In this document: positions 31,401-39,940 of the stretch, in pieces | Layout: each line of letters opens with the position of its first letter | Position numbering within the stretch: the stretch's first letter is position 1 | DNA from: Roseibacillus sp. | Lineage (GTDB): Bacteria > Verrucomicrobiota > Verrucomicrobiia > Verrucomicrobiales > Akkermansiaceae | Direction of reading: 5' to 3' | Length of the DNA: 64,000 nucleotides | NCBI GenBank assembly: GCA_051251855.1 | Contig: JBPOGI010000001.1 | Coordinates: forward strand, 1,056,001-1,120,000 | The notes under the pieces: generated by a model | Told to the model about the DNA's origin: nothing | The model's database searches: none | The model's input: the letters and a program-made list of their open reading frames with translations, nothing else | Translations under genes and position numbers: made by a program

Positions 31401-31765
31401 ACTGCCGGCATGACATCACCGAACAGTCCATCGAGGGTTTCATCGACCATAGCTTTATTTGCTAAAACGGGAGGGAGACTATCAATGCGCGCATCCAGAA
31501 AGACGGAACGGGTGGTCGGTTGCACGAGGGCGACTTGGGAAAAAGCATGACCCGAATTGGGCTGACCATTTTTACGATAGATTGCGTAGGTGCGCCCCTG
31601 AAGGAGAGATGTGTCCTGAGCCTGCCAGAGCAGCCAGGCATGGTTGCCATTCTCAACATAGGTGGTTCCAGCAAGAAAAAGGAGCGAGTCCTCGGGTGCT
31701 CGGTTCTGAGAAAAACTACTGCCTAAGCAACTCAACCAAGCGAGAAATATGTAAAAGACCTTCAT
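28418..31765 (-). CDS. large secreted beta-sandwich/FN3-like repeat protein (hypothetical)
   Basis: Signal peptide MKVFYIFLAWLSCLGSSFSQ; repeated W...Y.VYR...Y.V strand patterns; start could be 31765, 31771 or 31780. Confidence 0.7.
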   Translation of the reverse strand: MKVFYIFLAWLSCLGSSFSQNRAPEDSLLFLAGTTYVENGNHAWLLWQAQDTSLLQGRTYAIYRKNGQPNSGHAFSQVALVQPTTRSVFLDARIDSLPPVLANKAMVDETLDGLFGDVMPAVGLSLGNKLSALLQITAQEPELFNRLYFLSRTEPAVAVAMGTGALVPMASAVSTFEVRTQPDGSNTPGTAFSQVVGRITLDRNNPSPITAPGPPVVIPDDSPKGHLNVALRWGVPDNLKRDTPLTYGYGVYRMEKTFAESNNHNTTPPTPSQLNNYLVNQSSLVQQVNLLPVLPTQLLTLTQAATIPLYPGADPPVPDPYFILDDNQAQAENKPAFQDGQQLYYFVATLDILGRPAAVSDGTIVTFCHRHPPLVPVAVDVENQYSYNTATNSGSTRLAVSWSPPPSIPEPSHYLVYRWDSLEEMKLAVNHSTIEAGHLVSGEIPHVSGVEDYEFLDGGTGAPALPAQAGVTVWYSVKAVLETSCGDLPSGHSAPGWGVLRDRQGPVQAGGTVLTSQLCPEIKKVGEVATPQLTPLLDLFTGTRKGGVPLIFKVDAVDPGIASLQVKLILVNDGVVIGEQVIGQRALKPGATDLNVHHFVPYKQTQPDSKAMVEICAKNKQGKKVCERFSIAGIDYPNMDPPIALQVCFEVCQVEVITEEAFDVSGGGSGFHNPTKPNGDPNPIEFTFTATPETQEYKLYERIDAGPLVMIEQGIVDPVGSEVTVPDYDHPAYASVVCYFLQLFDRHGNPSPMSLVRCIRMHSRVEMPTPLLAQVDHAGDTNSPQGTLRWSCEPNGVERFLVGIGDGLSSIEMEYSTELAPRIISFSYINPFNGGALVTVERQTGELINGVQHHDFKTGRVGGNFGNPALPGQYELTVDLLPGREYQFYVKSMSPAGDVGEPSNIVNFTWTESGPPTGPQVPWPARSLPPIDEDFIPEVKAQMIDVGNFTDPAAMIKIGSVDYEEESEVESGRILSDGGINHIPSRILDSPGYSYNIFTTEEGESLLPFTLYRYQVPNAFFPLVSGDVAQVAPLLEKLRTHEVNESGKDYLEIQDPLITIVKDPESPKEFGIYLIDSQGVVEGYTYVYLLVRFREDGEVDRTIPTNPLTIPFYQN

Positions 31766-31862
31766 GACCATTGCGTTCACTAGGGCTTACCCGTTTGAAT
31801 CTCCGGTCTGACAGTCAGGAGTGAGAAAGTTGAGAAAAGCGACGATTCCTCGACTTCAGCCG

Positions 31863-32738
31863 TCAATATACCTGGGCCTCAACCCCTGCGGGCAGAGCCG
31901 TAATAAGCTCAAGCTCCAAAGAAACAATCGTCGCCCAAGCATCGGCAGTAGTGGCATCTGGAGCCGAAACTACAACGGTGCGCAGGGCAGGGGGGCTTTG
32001 ACCTGAGAGAGGTGAGAGGAGATGATTATCCTTCCCCGCCGCACTCAGCCGATGCCCTGATCCTGATGAGACAGCTAAGCTGCGGCTTTGCAGGGAGAAT
32101 GACTGGAGAACTCTCTTTGTTGCTGAAGGATGTCGAATCTCGATTTCGAAAGGGCCTCCTATGGCGCGATACTCGCCCAGATTCACTAAGGCAGAGTGCA
32201 CCCCTTGGCTTTTTAGGAAGAGAGCCAATCGGTCGGTGGCGAATCCCTGAGCAACTGCGTTGAGGGTGAGCTGAGTCCCATTGAGTTCAACTCTACTGGG
32301 ACTGATTCCGACTCTCGCAAAATCCACCTTCCTGCGTGCTTGAACTCGTTCCACCTCGGTCGGCTCATTGCCCAATCGATTCCTTTCACTCAGCCAACTC
32401 CAGTAGCTTTGAACTGTAGGATCAAAGAGGCCCTTGCTGAGGCGGTGAAGGCTGCTGCATTTTGCTAGAATCTCTAGCAGTTCATTGGAAGGTGACGACG
32501 AGCTACCCGTCGAGTTCAAAAGAGCGAGTTCGGACGAAGGCTCATAGAGAGAAAGTATCAGCTCAAGCTTCCTGACCTCCGCCGTGATCGCCTTGTTGAG
32601 ACTACGATCAGAGTGATAGCGAATACTGACTGGGTTATGAAACAAGACTCCTTTCCAAATGGTCTCAGCTACCTTTTCACCGCATCCGTAGTAGAACGGA
32701 GTGGTGGCGAGTAAGGGCAGCAGTCTTCGACGCGTCAT
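31863..32738 (-). CDS. apbE: FAD:protein FMN transferase ApbE
   Basis: TRRRLL Tat-like signal with lipoprotein Cys; SEL..LN, G.FDPTV, LNAVAQGFATD, SSG, H.LSP.SG, ADAWAT. Confidence 0.9.
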   Translation of the reverse strand: MTRRRLLPLLATTPFYYGCGEKVAETIWKGVLFHNPVSIRYHSDRSLNKAITAEVRKLELILSLYEPSSELALLNSTGSSSSPSNELLEILAKCSSLHRLSKGLFDPTVQSYWSWLSERNRLGNEPTEVERVQARRKVDFARVGISPSRVELNGTQLTLNAVAQGFATDRLALFLKSQGVHSALVNLGEYRAIGGPFEIEIRHPSATKRVLQSFSLQSRSLAVSSGSGHRLSAAGKDNHLLSPLSGQSPPALRTVVVSAPDATTADAWATIVSLELELITALPAGVEAQVY

Positions 32739-33460
32739 GAGGAAGTCCTAGTTCTTTTTTTTCGAGAAAGTGCCAGCCCTGTGAGAGAAACAACGATAAG
32801 CCCCACAGTTGATAGAGTAAGAACCCATTTTCCAAACCCACCTAAGAAGGCAAACTTATGAAGATCTAGCAGAACGCGGCTAAAGGAAATGGGTGTTTCT
32901 GAAGCCAGAGTCCTCTGAAGATCGTTGCGGTCTTCTTTCGACAAAGGGACCAGTCGCGCCCCTATAACAACACCTGAAGATTGCGGCGAAAATTCGAGTA
33001 AATCTTCATCAAATCGGAAGACGCCCTGAGCGGTCTTGAGCGTTCGTGAAGGTTCCGTCTGGATGGCCTCGATTGGGATGCCTGGAAGAGAGGCTTCATC
33101 AAGGCTATCAATCAGTTCGCCTTGTGGTCCAAGAAGATAAAGATGCTCCCTAGTGGCGACGAGAAGGTCGGGGCCAAGCTCCGACGCTCCGACTAACTTG
33201 CCAGAGAAAGGGAGGAGGCCCGCATCGAGAAAAAGACTTCCTCCCCATCCCGAGATACGACGGCTGCCCACTTCGCACCGAAATCCCGGTTCGGAAGGAG
33301 GCTCGAGGTAGAAGGAAGTGAGAAATGGGGAACTGAGATAACGCTGATCCAATCTCAGCTCCGCACTGTGATTAAGAATAACACCCGTGAGACACAGCCA
33401 CAAAAGCGGTAGGGCAAGGATAAGCCCGAGGAGTCGATGGTAGCGTCTTCTAGCTCTCAC
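32735..33460 (-). CDS. PepSY-associated TM helix membrane protein
   Basis: YHRLLGL...TGVILNH at the N-terminus and LLDLH...LTG at the C-terminus (candidate heme-ligand His); overlapping start/stop with both neighbours. Confidence 0.85.
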   Translation of the reverse strand: MRARRRYHRLLGLILALPLLWLCLTGVILNHSAELRLDQRYLSSPFLTSFYLEPPSEPGFRCEVGSRRISGWGGSLFLDAGLLPFSGKLVGASELGPDLLVATREHLYLLGPQGELIDSLDEASLPGIPIEAIQTEPSRTLKTAQGVFRFDEDLLEFSPQSSGVVIGARLVPLSKEDRNDLQRTLASETPISFSRVLLDLHKFAFLGGFGKWVLTLSTVGLIVVSLTGLALSRKKRTRTSS

Positions 33461-33966
33461 TTTATAGCATCAAGATAGAGCGCTACTCGGCCCAATCGGT
33501 CAAGAGCGCGAACCGAAAGAGTGGCTCCCGCGATATTTCGAATTTGCTGAGTGAGCCGACCACTCGAATCGAGAGAAGCCCCTTTGAACTGTTTGCAAAA
33601 ACCTTTGCCGGCAACTTCGTAACCGTGGCTTTCGCGATAGATGAGTACTTTGACTTGTTCAATGCGATTACCACTCACCACGTATCCCGTGGTAATAGGT
33701 TCGGTCTTTCCAATTTCTTCCAAGATCCAAGCCGTTTTCTGCCCCTGACTCCAGTAGCGCACCTTGGAAGTGCGATAGGAGTGACCGAGTAAACGCTGGA
33801 TACGTGTTTGGTGCTTGGAGCCTAAAGTGAGGGCTTGGGTGGGTGGGAGACTGGCTCCAAAGACAGACTTAAGAAAGTCAGACGGCTTCTGATAGACGCG
33901 CTCGCCCGCGAAAATCGACGCAGAAGAAACAAGTAAGAAGAGGAGAATTTTTCGGCAAAAGGTCAT
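33457..33966 (-). CDS. FMN-binding (flavinylated) domain protein
   Basis: Signal peptide; IGKTEPIT, YRESHG.EV, NIAGATLS flavinylation-like motif. Confidence 0.88.
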   Translation of the reverse strand: MTFCRKILLFLLVSSASIFAGERVYQKPSDFLKSVFGASLPPTQALTLGSKHQTRIQRLLGHSYRTSKVRYWSQGQKTAWILEEIGKTEPITTGYVVSGNRIEQVKVLIYRESHGYEVAGKGFCKQFKGASLDSSGRLTQQIRNIAGATLSVRALDRLGRVALYLDAIK

Positions 33967-33992
33967 GAGAAAAAATGGGGTGTAGAACGCTG

Positions 33993-34032
33993 AAAAAGCG
34001 GCCCGCTCTCTCGGAAGAAAAGCGAGCTGCTT
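33993..34032 (-). terminator. imperfect hairpin plus U-tract between porin and FMN-binding gene
   Basis: Minus strand AAGCAGCUCGCU...AGCGGGCCGCUU-UUU (12 bp, one mismatch). Confidence 0.5.
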
Positions 34033-34057
34033 GGAATAACAAGAGAATCAGGCTGAG

Positions 34058-35398
34058 TTAGAAGCTGTATCCAACGCCGAGGTTGAGGAGGCTCTCCACC
34101 TTATCTTCTTCGTCGATGATGTGGCTGTAGTCAGCTTTCAGAACAACGTTGTCAATAGGCCAATAGTTGACCCCGATATCGAACTGGTCAAAGGCTCCGC
34201 CTCCATTGTTGTTATTGAAGCCAACGCCCATGCTATCAGTTCCCACATTGCGCCGTGCAAACTCATAGTGACTATAGCGAGCAAAGACCCCCACCTTTTG
34301 GTCACCCGCAAAGTTCCAAGTGTAAGAAGGCTCAATATAGCCACCCCATTGATGGTCGGCGTCATTAGCCTCGAAGGAATCTCCATCAATATGCCAAGAG
34401 GCGAGCAGGGCCTTGAGACCGAAGCCACCGCTTTGATAAACAGCAGTTCCACCCACAAGTAACGCTGAGTTATCTTCGTCTGATGTGGTTTGAGTGATGT
34501 CGTTTTGATACTGGGCGAAAGCACTCAACGAGAGACCCGGAACGCCATTGTAACGAATACGTGCTGTGACAGCGGGATCTTCGGCGGCGGCTTCCGCTAC
34601 TTTTTGACGACCGGAACGAATGCGGAAAGCACTGCTACCTGTGGTTGAGACATTCAAGCCCGAGTGCACAGCAAGGTCCCAGCCCAGTCCGCTGTCTAAA
34701 GTTTGAGAAGCGCCTGCTCCTGCTTCCCACCAAGTGGTCGGGATGATGTTGCTCTCCACACGGTTTCGTTCCACTCCAAAAAAGGTGTTCGGCTCGTGTG
34801 TCTCGTTGAGCAATCCGATAGGCAGAAGAAAGAGACCAGCCTTCGCGCTGAGACCATGGTCAAGGGTGAAGTCAATATAGGCTTGTTCTAACTCAACTTC
34901 TCCCGGCTTTCCCTCACCAGCCAGCGAGTGCTCTAGCTCAAATTCGGAGTAAAGTTTGATGCGGTCAGAAAAGGAATGATTCACGAAAAGAACCCAACGA
35001 TGAAAGTCGATCTGATTGTTATCTCCACCACCGAGGTCGCGATTAAGATGAAGCTCACCATAGCCTCCGATCTGGGTGTTGCGTGCCCAATCGAGCCCAA
35101 AATCACGTGTTGCGCCGCTTGCTCCAAAATCAGTAGTTGCGGTAGGATTTGTGGCTCCTGAAGACGAAGGTGTTGCGGCACCGTAAAGCGAATCAATATC
35201 ATCATCAGACGATGGCTCACTGATGGATTGGCTTAGATCAGAACTTTGTTTTTCAAGCGGTCCATATTTCTGTTCGTAAGCGTTTACTTTGCCTTCGAGC
35301 TTTTCAAGACGAGCGGCGAGCTCCTCTACCGTCACCGCCGAAGTCGGCAGCGTGGCGAGCAAGAAAGCCAATAGCGTGTGTTGGGTGGCTAATTTCAT
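34058..35398 (-). CDS. outer-membrane porin (OprO/P-like, flavinylation-cluster associated)
   Basis: Signal peptide, short coiled coil, IGGYGELH, ELEHS, ELEQAY, HEP.TF.GVER; C-terminal LGVGYSF beta-signal. Confidence 0.85.
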   Translation of the reverse strand: MKLATQHTLLAFLLATLPTSAVTVEELAARLEKLEGKVNAYEQKYGPLEKQSSDLSQSISEPSSDDDIDSLYGAATPSSSGATNPTATTDFGASGATRDFGLDWARNTQIGGYGELHLNRDLGGGDNNQIDFHRWVLFVNHSFSDRIKLYSEFELEHSLAGEGKPGEVELEQAYIDFTLDHGLSAKAGLFLLPIGLLNETHEPNTFFGVERNRVESNIIPTTWWEAGAGASQTLDSGLGWDLAVHSGLNVSTTGSSAFRIRSGRQKVAEAAAEDPAVTARIRYNGVPGLSLSAFAQYQNDITQTTSDEDNSALLVGGTAVYQSGGFGLKALLASWHIDGDSFEANDADHQWGGYIEPSYTWNFAGDQKVGVFARYSHYEFARRNVGTDSMGVGFNNNNGGGAFDQFDIGVNYWPIDNVVLKADYSHIIDEEDKVESLLNLGVGYSF

Positions 35399-35410
35399 AA
35401 GCTGCTGAAC

Positions 35411-35437
35411 TGCTATTGAGACTCGGTATCAATAGCA
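35411..35437. promoter_or_regulatory. Fur-box-like operator upstream of the porin operon
   Basis: TGCTATTGA-N9-TCAATAGCA perfect 9-bp inverted repeat; core TTGAGACTCGGTATCAA resembles a 7-1-7 Fur box. Confidence 0.65.
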
Positions 35438-36196
35438 AGCGGAAACAAAAGAATTGAGCAAATAAAATGAGTCCTGAGAGCGAACTACCGGACTCTAAGC
35501 GCTCTCTGTGGCTAAAATCTTCGCCTTTTGCAGAGCTAGGACACAGATAAGGAACTCTAGGACAATTATATCGAGGGTGAGAATTCTTGAAAAATTGTCG
35601 CTTGAGTGCGTAAGCCGCAAAAACGCCAGTTCTATGAGGGTCAAAGTCTGATTCCAAAAGCCACTCGAAGGTGGCGGTATCTAGATAATCCGCACTAGTC
35701 GCGAAACATCATGCATTCACGTTCAGGAGTTCTGAACAAGGCTGGGCAAAATTGAGCAAAAGATTCAGGCAGGCACTTCTTGAGCTGAAACAATGGCTTC
35801 GCCAACATTATCAACATCTAGTCGACGAGTTGCGACATTGCATCCGATCGATGCGTTTCTTAACAGCATTAACAGCAGTCGCAATGGCCTTGCACTTGCA
35901 AACGGTTCGCGAAGCCAATGTGATTTCTCCAAAGGTGTCTAAAGCCATGCCATAGCGCAGTTGTGATTAACTGCACCAGACACCGGCGACGCTAATAATG
36001 CGAACGTGATTCATGGCGGAACATTCAGGAAGAGTGTGGAGCCGTGGTAAGAACTGAGTGCGGGGACAACACCGAATTCCTTAAGAGCCTTTGAAAGCAG
36101 ATTGGAACTGGAGGAGACACTTCGGAAGAGGGGAAATTAAATTGAGAGCGCTTGAGGAAAAGAGGAGCCCACTTCTTGGCTATTCGCCAATTATCA

Positions 36197-36224
36197 ATTC
36201 CGCATTACATTTATTATGCGAAGT
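36197..36224 (-). other. dif-like Xer (tyrosine recombinase) site
   Basis: Minus strand ACTTCGCATAA-TAAATG-TAATGCGGAAT: 11-6-11 layout, left arm ends in CGCATAA like the E. coli XerC arm; intergenic; lies in the GC-skew switch zone. Confidence 0.7.
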
Positions 36225-36395
36225 TATTAAAGCGGCAGTTGGATCAGAGGTGTAGCGAGAAACCCTTTTAGAATCGGCGCTCAGGGCTCTTTCCGTCAAC
36301 TCGTCCTGAAGCTGTCATAACATTACGCCAGCTTTTCGCGCACCCAAGTAGAGCTTGTCTTGTGAGTGGCTTTAACGTCAGGTGTCTGGGCTCAC

Positions 36396-37190
36396 ATGAA
36401 AGTTGTCGCTATTGCGAATCAGAAAGGCGGCGTTGGCAAAACGACGACTTCAATCAATCTCTCTTCCGCACTCGCGCGTGAAGGTCAGCGCGTGCTGCTC
36501 ATCGATCTCGATCCTCAGGCCAACGCGACCAGCGGACTCGGATTTCCTGCGGACGAGCATGAGTCAATTTACGCCACGCTGGTCGGTGATGACTTACTGG
36601 AATCCAAGATTCTGACTACGAGTCAGGAAAACCTTCATCTGATACCTGCTGAGATGGACTTGGCCGGTGTCGAGGTCGAATTGGTTCGATTTGACAACCA
36701 CCTGACACGCTTAACCGAAGTGTTCGAGAACTCCGAACGCGTTCAAGCGGCCTACGATTACTGCATTCTAGATACACCTCCGTCACTGGGAATTCTCATG
36801 ACCTCAGCACTGGCGGCTTCAGATGAAATTCTCATTCCGCTGCAATGCGAGTGGTTTGGCCTCGAAGGCTTGGCAAAAATCACTCGGGTTGTGAGTCAAA
36901 TTCGGGAAGCAGGCGTGAACGAGAACGTCTTTATCGAAGGGATTTTGATGACTATGTATGACGGTCGGACGAACCTCTCGCGGAGCGTAGTCGAAGAAGT
37001 TCGTAATTTCTTCCCAAGTGAGCTCTACAACACTGTGATTCCACGCACCATTCGTTTAGGCGAAGCTCCCAGCCACGGGCTGACCATTTTTGACCACGAT
37101 GGCAGCGGAATCGGCGCCCGAGCTTACCGCGAACTCGCAACCGAGTTCCTTAGGCGCCACGAGACCGAATTAAGCGCTGCTGAGCAATAA
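36396..37190 (+). CDS. parA: ParA/Soj family ATPase
   Basis: NQKGGVGKTTT, DLDPQANAT, DTPPSLG, IPR.IRLGEAPSHG; ATG at 36396. Confidence 0.95.
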   Translation: MKVVAIANQKGGVGKTTTSINLSSALAREGQRVLLIDLDPQANATSGLGFPADEHESIYATLVGDDLLESKILTTSQENLHLIPAEMDLAGVEVELVRFDNHLTRLTEVFENSERVQAAYDYCILDTPPSLGILMTSALAASDEILIPLQCEWFGLEGLAKITRVVSQIREAGVNENVFIEGILMTMYDGRTNLSRSVVEEVRNFFPSELYNTVIPRTIRLGEAPSHGLTIFDHDGSGIGARAYRELATEFLRRHETELSAAEQ

Positions 37191-37454
37191 CTCTTTGTGA
37201 GTCTCGGATGGGTTTTAATCAAAGAGCATCTTTGCTCGGCGAGATATCACAGACACCGCTCAAACCCTCTTCGTGACAGCATTGCAGCTTGCCGCAAGGG
37301 GCTGCGGCTTCGATAGTTGCCGCACACGGAACGCTGTCCGAATAGCTTGTTTGCGTAATTTTGCGCTTTAACTCGTTTTCCGAGAGTGTTTTAAGTGAGT
37401 TTCTGACTACTTAAATGCTAGTTTTTCCACCCTTATAAAATAGACGCCCTTCAT

Positions 37455-38495
37455 ATGATTTTTTCAAAGTTTTTTGGTCTGTTGTCGAATGACATCGGCA
37501 TTGACCTTGGCACCGCCAACACCTTGGTGAACGTCAAGGACCATGGAATCGTGCTTCGCGAACCCTCTGTGGTCGCCGTGAAAGCAGGAACAAACGAGGT
37601 GCTCGCCGTAGGTGATGATGCGAAACGGATGCTAGGCCGGACGCCTGGTAATATCGTCGCAATTCGCCCCCTTAAGGACGGTGTCATTGCCGACTTCGAG
37701 GTCACTGAAGCAATGTTGCGTCACTTTATCCGCAAGGTGAACAACAAGCGCCGCGCACGCCCACGGGTGGTGATTGCGATTCCTTCAGGAATTACCGAGG
37801 TAGAGCGCCGAGCAGTCAAAGAGTCTGCAGAGCAAGCAGGAGCCCGTGAGGTTTATCTTATCGAGGAGCCCATGGCTGCGGCAATTGGAGTCGGACTGCC
37901 AGTGCAAGACGCCTCGGGAAACATGATTGTAGATATCGGCGGCGGCACAACGGAAGTGGCTCTCATTTCTCTCTCGGGAATTGTTTATGCACGAAGTGTT
38001 CGCACCGCTGGCGATGAGCTCGACGAAGCCGTCATTCAATACATGAAGCGTGGCTACAACCTCATGATCGGAGAACGCACCGCCGAGGATATCAAAATCC
38101 GTATTGGTTCTGCTTCTGCCTTGCCAAAGGAAATCAGCATGGAAGTGAAAGGCCGCGACCTCGTTTCAGGTCTCCCCAAAACCGTGACCATTACCTCCGA
38201 AGAAATTCGCGAAGCGATGGCCGATCCCTTGGCCACTATCGTCGATGCCGTTCGAACGACTTTGGAGCGATGCCCACCAGAACTTGCCGCCGACCTCGTG
38301 GACCGCGGATTGGTTCTTGCAGGTGGTGGCGCTCTGTTGAAAGGCCTCGACAAGTTACTACGCGAGGAAACGGGACTACCGGTTCATATCGCGGAAGACC
38401 CTTTAAGCGCGGTAGCAGAAGGAACGGGCAAGGCGCTGAGCGAACTCGCCTTCTTGAAGCGTGTTACCAATACGGATTATCACTCCACTCGCTAA
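37455..38495 (+). CDS. mreB: rod shape-determining protein MreB
   Basis: [45 protein letters not shown]. Confidence 0.98.
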   Translation: MIFSKFFGLLSNDIGIDLGTANTLVNVKDHGIVLREPSVVAVKAGTNEVLAVGDDAKRMLGRTPGNIVAIRPLKDGVIADFEVTEAMLRHFIRKVNNKRRARPRVVIAIPSGITEVERRAVKESAEQAGAREVYLIEEPMAAAIGVGLPVQDASGNMIVDIGGGTTEVALISLSGIVYARSVRTAGDELDEAVIQYMKRGYNLMIGERTAEDIKIRIGSASALPKEISMEVKGRDLVSGLPKTVTITSEEIREAMADPLATIVDAVRTTLERCPPELAADLVDRGLVLAGGGALLKGLDKLLREETGLPVHIAEDPLSAVAEGTGKALSELAFLKRVTNTDYHSTR

Positions 38496-38525
38496 AGAAT
38501 CGCCTGACGCGTCTCCGAAAGCTCT

Positions 38526-39362
38526 ATGAAACCACTCACGCTACTTGTTTTGCTGATTTTTCTCGGCGCAGGTACTTGGGTACTCACTTGGAGCCCAATG
38601 ACGGTCCGCAAAGTTCAGGAAACCTATTTCCGAGCGATTAGCCCTTTTCTAAAAAGCGGTTCTAATATTGAAAAATTCAGTCGCGAATTTGTTCGTGAAG
38701 TTGAGCACTCGGAGAATCTGCAAAGAAAGCTCGAAGCTATTCAGTCTGACTATGGTGAACTCAAGATCATTGAAGGCCGCTTTCGAGAATTAGAGCGCGA
38801 GAACATTCAGCTCAACCAAGCTCTCGGATTCAAAAAGCGCACGACCTTCGAAGTGAAGGCCGCCAAGGTCATCAAACGTCAACCGTCAACGTGGTGGGAT
38901 ACTTTAACGATCAACCGAGGAGAAAAAGACGACTTGGGAACTCAGCTCACGGTACTTGCAGAAGGCGGTTTGGTGGGGCGCATTGATCAAGCATTCGAAG
39001 ATGTAGCGAACGTCATTCTAGTGACTGACGAGAGCTGCCAAGTATCGGTCTATGTTGAAGGTTCTCCAGAGAAGGGCATTTTGAGTGGAGAGCCTGGGGA
39101 ATACGGCACCACTCCCCTTCTCCGTTTGCGCTATTTGAGCCGCAACGCAGTTATCCAACAAGGAATGAAGGTTTTCACCACGGGGCGAGGAGGGATTTTT
39201 CCTCCTGATATTCAGGTGGGAACAATCACTGAAGTCATCTCTGGAAGCTACGAGAGTGAGGCTCTTGTGAAGCCGAGCGTAGAGTTACAAAATTTGGCCG
39301 TTGTCTTTGTCCTCGCCGGAGACCAATCGGCGGCCATTAAGGAGGAAGAGCCCGAAGAATGA
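38526..39362 (+). CDS. mreC: rod shape-determining protein MreC
   Basis: N-terminal TM, coiled coil with EN..L, GLVGRI, TTG.GGIFPP.I.VG. Confidence 0.93.
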   Translation: MKPLTLLVLLIFLGAGTWVLTWSPMTVRKVQETYFRAISPFLKSGSNIEKFSREFVREVEHSENLQRKLEAIQSDYGELKIIEGRFRELERENIQLNQALGFKKRTTFEVKAAKVIKRQPSTWWDTLTINRGEKDDLGTQLTVLAEGGLVGRIDQAFEDVANVILVTDESCQVSVYVEGSPEKGILSGEPGEYGTTPLLRLRYLSRNAVIQQGMKVFTTGRGGIFPPDIQVGTITEVISGSYESEALVKPSVELQNLAVVFVLAGDQSAAIKEEEPEE

Positions 39363-39937
39363 TTCGCTATCTCCTGACGGTTTTGGTGCTGCTGTTAGTT
39401 GCCTTTATTCTGAGGCAATTCATCCCAGTGTTTCCCGAGTTTCATCATGTGCGCTTCTTTCTGGTTCCACTGATCTTCATTTGTGCCGCAGTGACCCTTG
39501 ATGTCATCGGGATGCTTCTGCTTTCCTTCGTCTGCGGGCTTCTCTGGGATGCACAGCATATCATTATGCCCGTCGTGGGCGATCCCGAGGTTTACCCAGA
39601 GATTGCAGCGACGCTGAAGTTTGGATACTCGATCTTTCTCTTCGCAATCGCTGGATTCGTGATGCAGGGGGTACAGCCTCTTTTTCGTGAGGGCAAATGG
39701 CAGGTTTCGGTCTTGGTGACGGGAGTCGCTCTCTTTCTTTACCTCTTCGTTGAAATGATGCTTCTCTCTTTTGTACGAGGTCGGGTCGCATTGACGGGAG
39801 ACACCTTGAGGTTTATCTTTTTCAGTTCGGTTCTCACCATGTTGTTCTCTCCTCTTGTCTTTCTCGTTTTATTCAAACTCGCAGATTCGTTTCAGTATCG
39901 AATGAGCTACAAAGGCCTGCGCAAAGGCCATCACTAA
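39359..39937 (+). CDS. mreD: probable rod shape-determining protein MreD
   Basis: Small polytopic membrane protein with GLLWD motif between mreC and pbp2; ATGA overlap. Confidence 0.75.
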   Translation: MIRYLLTVLVLLLVAFILRQFIPVFPEFHHVRFFLVPLIFICAAVTLDVIGMLLLSFVCGLLWDAQHIIMPVVGDPEVYPEIAATLKFGYSIFLFAIAGFVMQGVQPLFREGKWQVSVLVTGVALFLYLFVEMMLLSFVRGRVALTGDTLRFIFFSSVLTMLFSPLVFLVLFKLADSFQYRMSYKGLRKGHH

Positions 39938-39940
39938 AAT

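Noticed and set aside
36195..36227. Engineered loxP site
   Set aside because: Only one arm resembles loxP (12/13); the other matches 7/13 and the spacer differs; a natural Xer-type site fits better.
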